From the NCBI GenBank assembly GCA_049972095.1, contig JBMFKQ010000034.1, forward strand, positions 1-16,462: a DNA stretch of 16,462 bases, read 5' to 3'. The notes under the pieces are model-generated. The model was not told the DNA's origin, made no database searches, and saw only the letters and a list, made by a program, of their open reading frames with translations. Positions 15,458-16,462 of this stretch are shown here, piece by piece (the first letter of the stretch is position 1; every line of letters starts with the position of its first letter). Source of the DNA: Elusimicrobiales bacterium (lineage in GTDB: Bacteria > Elusimicrobiota > Elusimicrobia > Elusimicrobiales > UBA9959). The translations under genes were made by a program, and so were the position numbers.

Positions 15458-16336
15458 TTATACCCATCCATTTCTAACTGATATATAACCCATAAGGCGA
15501 TAGATAAGTTTAGAGGCATTGAACTCAGTTATACTTGAATTTTTAATGGGACTAACCTCAACCACATCAAAGCCTACGACATTTTTTTTAAAACATACAG
15601 CCTTGAAAATTTTAAGTGCATCATACCATTCAAAACCACCTGGCTGAGGCGTGCCCGTAGCAGGCATAACTGAAGGATCAAAACCATCAACATCTATGGT
15701 CATATAAACATTGTCTGAAAGCTCTTTTAAAATTTTTGGTATAAGATTTTCAACATTAAGGCACTTATGCATAAGAAATGTTCTAACATTTCCTTTGTTT
15801 ATTAAATGTTTTTCCTCGCTTGCAATACTTCTTATACCCACCTGAACTATCTTTGATTTAAGAGAAGCAGGATGAAGAGCTGAGGCGTGACTATGAGGAT
15901 TACCTTCATATTCATTTCTAAGATCTGCATGAGCATCAAAATGAAGTACTGAAAGGTTTTTATACTTTCTTTCAAAAGGAGGTATCAACCCTTGAACTAT
16001 ACTATGCTCACCACCAATAAAAACAAAAACAGCATTATAAGAGTTAATAAGACATTCAACAAATTTTTCTATTCTATCAAAGAACTTTTTTTCTGATCTT
16101 GTGTGATTGAAATAATCAGCCGTGAAAATACCAACTTTATACACCTCCTTTTTTAATTCCTCATCCCAGAACTCCAGCTGATATGATGATTCAAGTATCT
16201 TTCTTGGTCCATATTTTGTTCCTTTTCCATAAGATGTTGTATGCTCATAGGGAATGGGAAGGATTATAAAAGATGCATCCTTAGGCTTAATATTGAACTT
16301 ACCAAGGAAAGGTAGAGGATTGGGTTTAATCTTCAT
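15458..16336 (-). CDS. speB: Agmatinase (ureohydrolase family)
   Basis: PYEHTTSYGKGTKYGP, GGEHS, DAHADLR, SHAS, DVDGFDP, PATGTP and FDVVE. Directly follows an arginine decarboxylase gene. Confidence 0.93.
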   Translation of the reverse strand: MKIKPNPLPFLGKFNIKPKDASFIILPIPYEHTTSYGKGTKYGPRKILESSYQLEFWDEELKKEVYKVGIFTADYFNHTRSEKKFFDRIEKFVECLINSYNAVFVFIGGEHSIVQGLIPPFERKYKNLSVLHFDAHADLRNEYEGNPHSHASALHPASLKSKIVQVGIRSIASEEKHLINKGNVRTFLMHKCLNVENLIPKILKELSDNVYMTIDVDGFDPSVMPATGTPQPGGFEWYDALKIFKAVCFKKNVVGFDVVEVSPIKNSSITEFNASKLIYRLMGYISVRNGWV

Positions 16337-16462
16337 TCAGAAAACAAAAACGGCTGCGGCCATAACAGTCGTCCATAAACCACTCACACCCACAGCTGAC
16401 TGGGTTATATTTGTTGTCTTAACTATCTTGCCACTCATCTTCCATATCTCTTCCTTCTGATC
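16337..16462 (-). CDS. pdaD: C-terminus of a pyruvoyl-dependent arginine decarboxylase (truncated by the window edge)
   Basis: Hand translation [41 protein letters not shown] matches the NITQSA...WTTVxAAAVF tail of this family. Its TGA abuts the speB ATG. Not in the ORF track. Confidence 0.8.
   Translation of the reverse strand, partial: DQKEEIWKMSGKIVKTTNITQSAVGVSGLWTTVMAAAVFVF

Noticed and set aside
723..16460. Other short plus-strand ORFs (e.g. 4649-5122, 5994-6251, 14887-15183, 16254-16460) and nested minus-strand ORFs (1263-1505, 5841-6026)
   Set aside because: All overlap well-supported genes and show no motifs or start signals. They are typical antisense or alternate-frame shadows.
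1..16462. CRISPR arrays, tRNA/rRNA, riboswitches, IS elements or prophage genes
   Set aside because: Intergenic gaps are all under about 80 bp, there are no spaced repeats or GC-rich structured segments, and no transposase, integrase or phage motifs were seen.

Overview
An AT-rich bacterial chromosomal window with almost every gene on the minus strand. I saw no rRNA, tRNA, CRISPR array or mobile element. In transcription order (right to left) it contains: the 3' end of a pyruvoyl-dependent arginine decarboxylase; agmatinase (speB); a TatD-associated-type radical SAM protein; a membrane-anchored CBM48-like protein; an exported protein with a glucodextranase-C/DOMON-like C-terminus; a TM-GAF-HD-GYP protein; RsmI fused to an LMW-PTP domain whose catalytic Cys is Ser; glyA; a REC-HisKA-HATPase kinase; a NarL/LuxR regulator; a 56-aa Flp-like prepilin missing from the ORF track; TadG-like and TadE-like pseudopilins; a divergent FtsH-like AAA+/M41 protease; a DUF4139-like protein; archease; RtcB; and a small CxxC/coiled-coil protein. 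The window starts in the 3' end of a convergent plus-strand gene. The best candidate for an undescribed system is the four-gene unit at 3823-7365: three class III prepilins, all with non-Gly at -1 and Gln at +1, tightly linked to an FtsH paralog that lacks the extracytoplasmic domain, with no Tad machinery genes nearby. Also notable are the RsmI-pseudophosphatase fusion and a recurring TANNNT-N6-ATG leaderless promoter layout. Family calls come from motif recognition by eye, not database searches.
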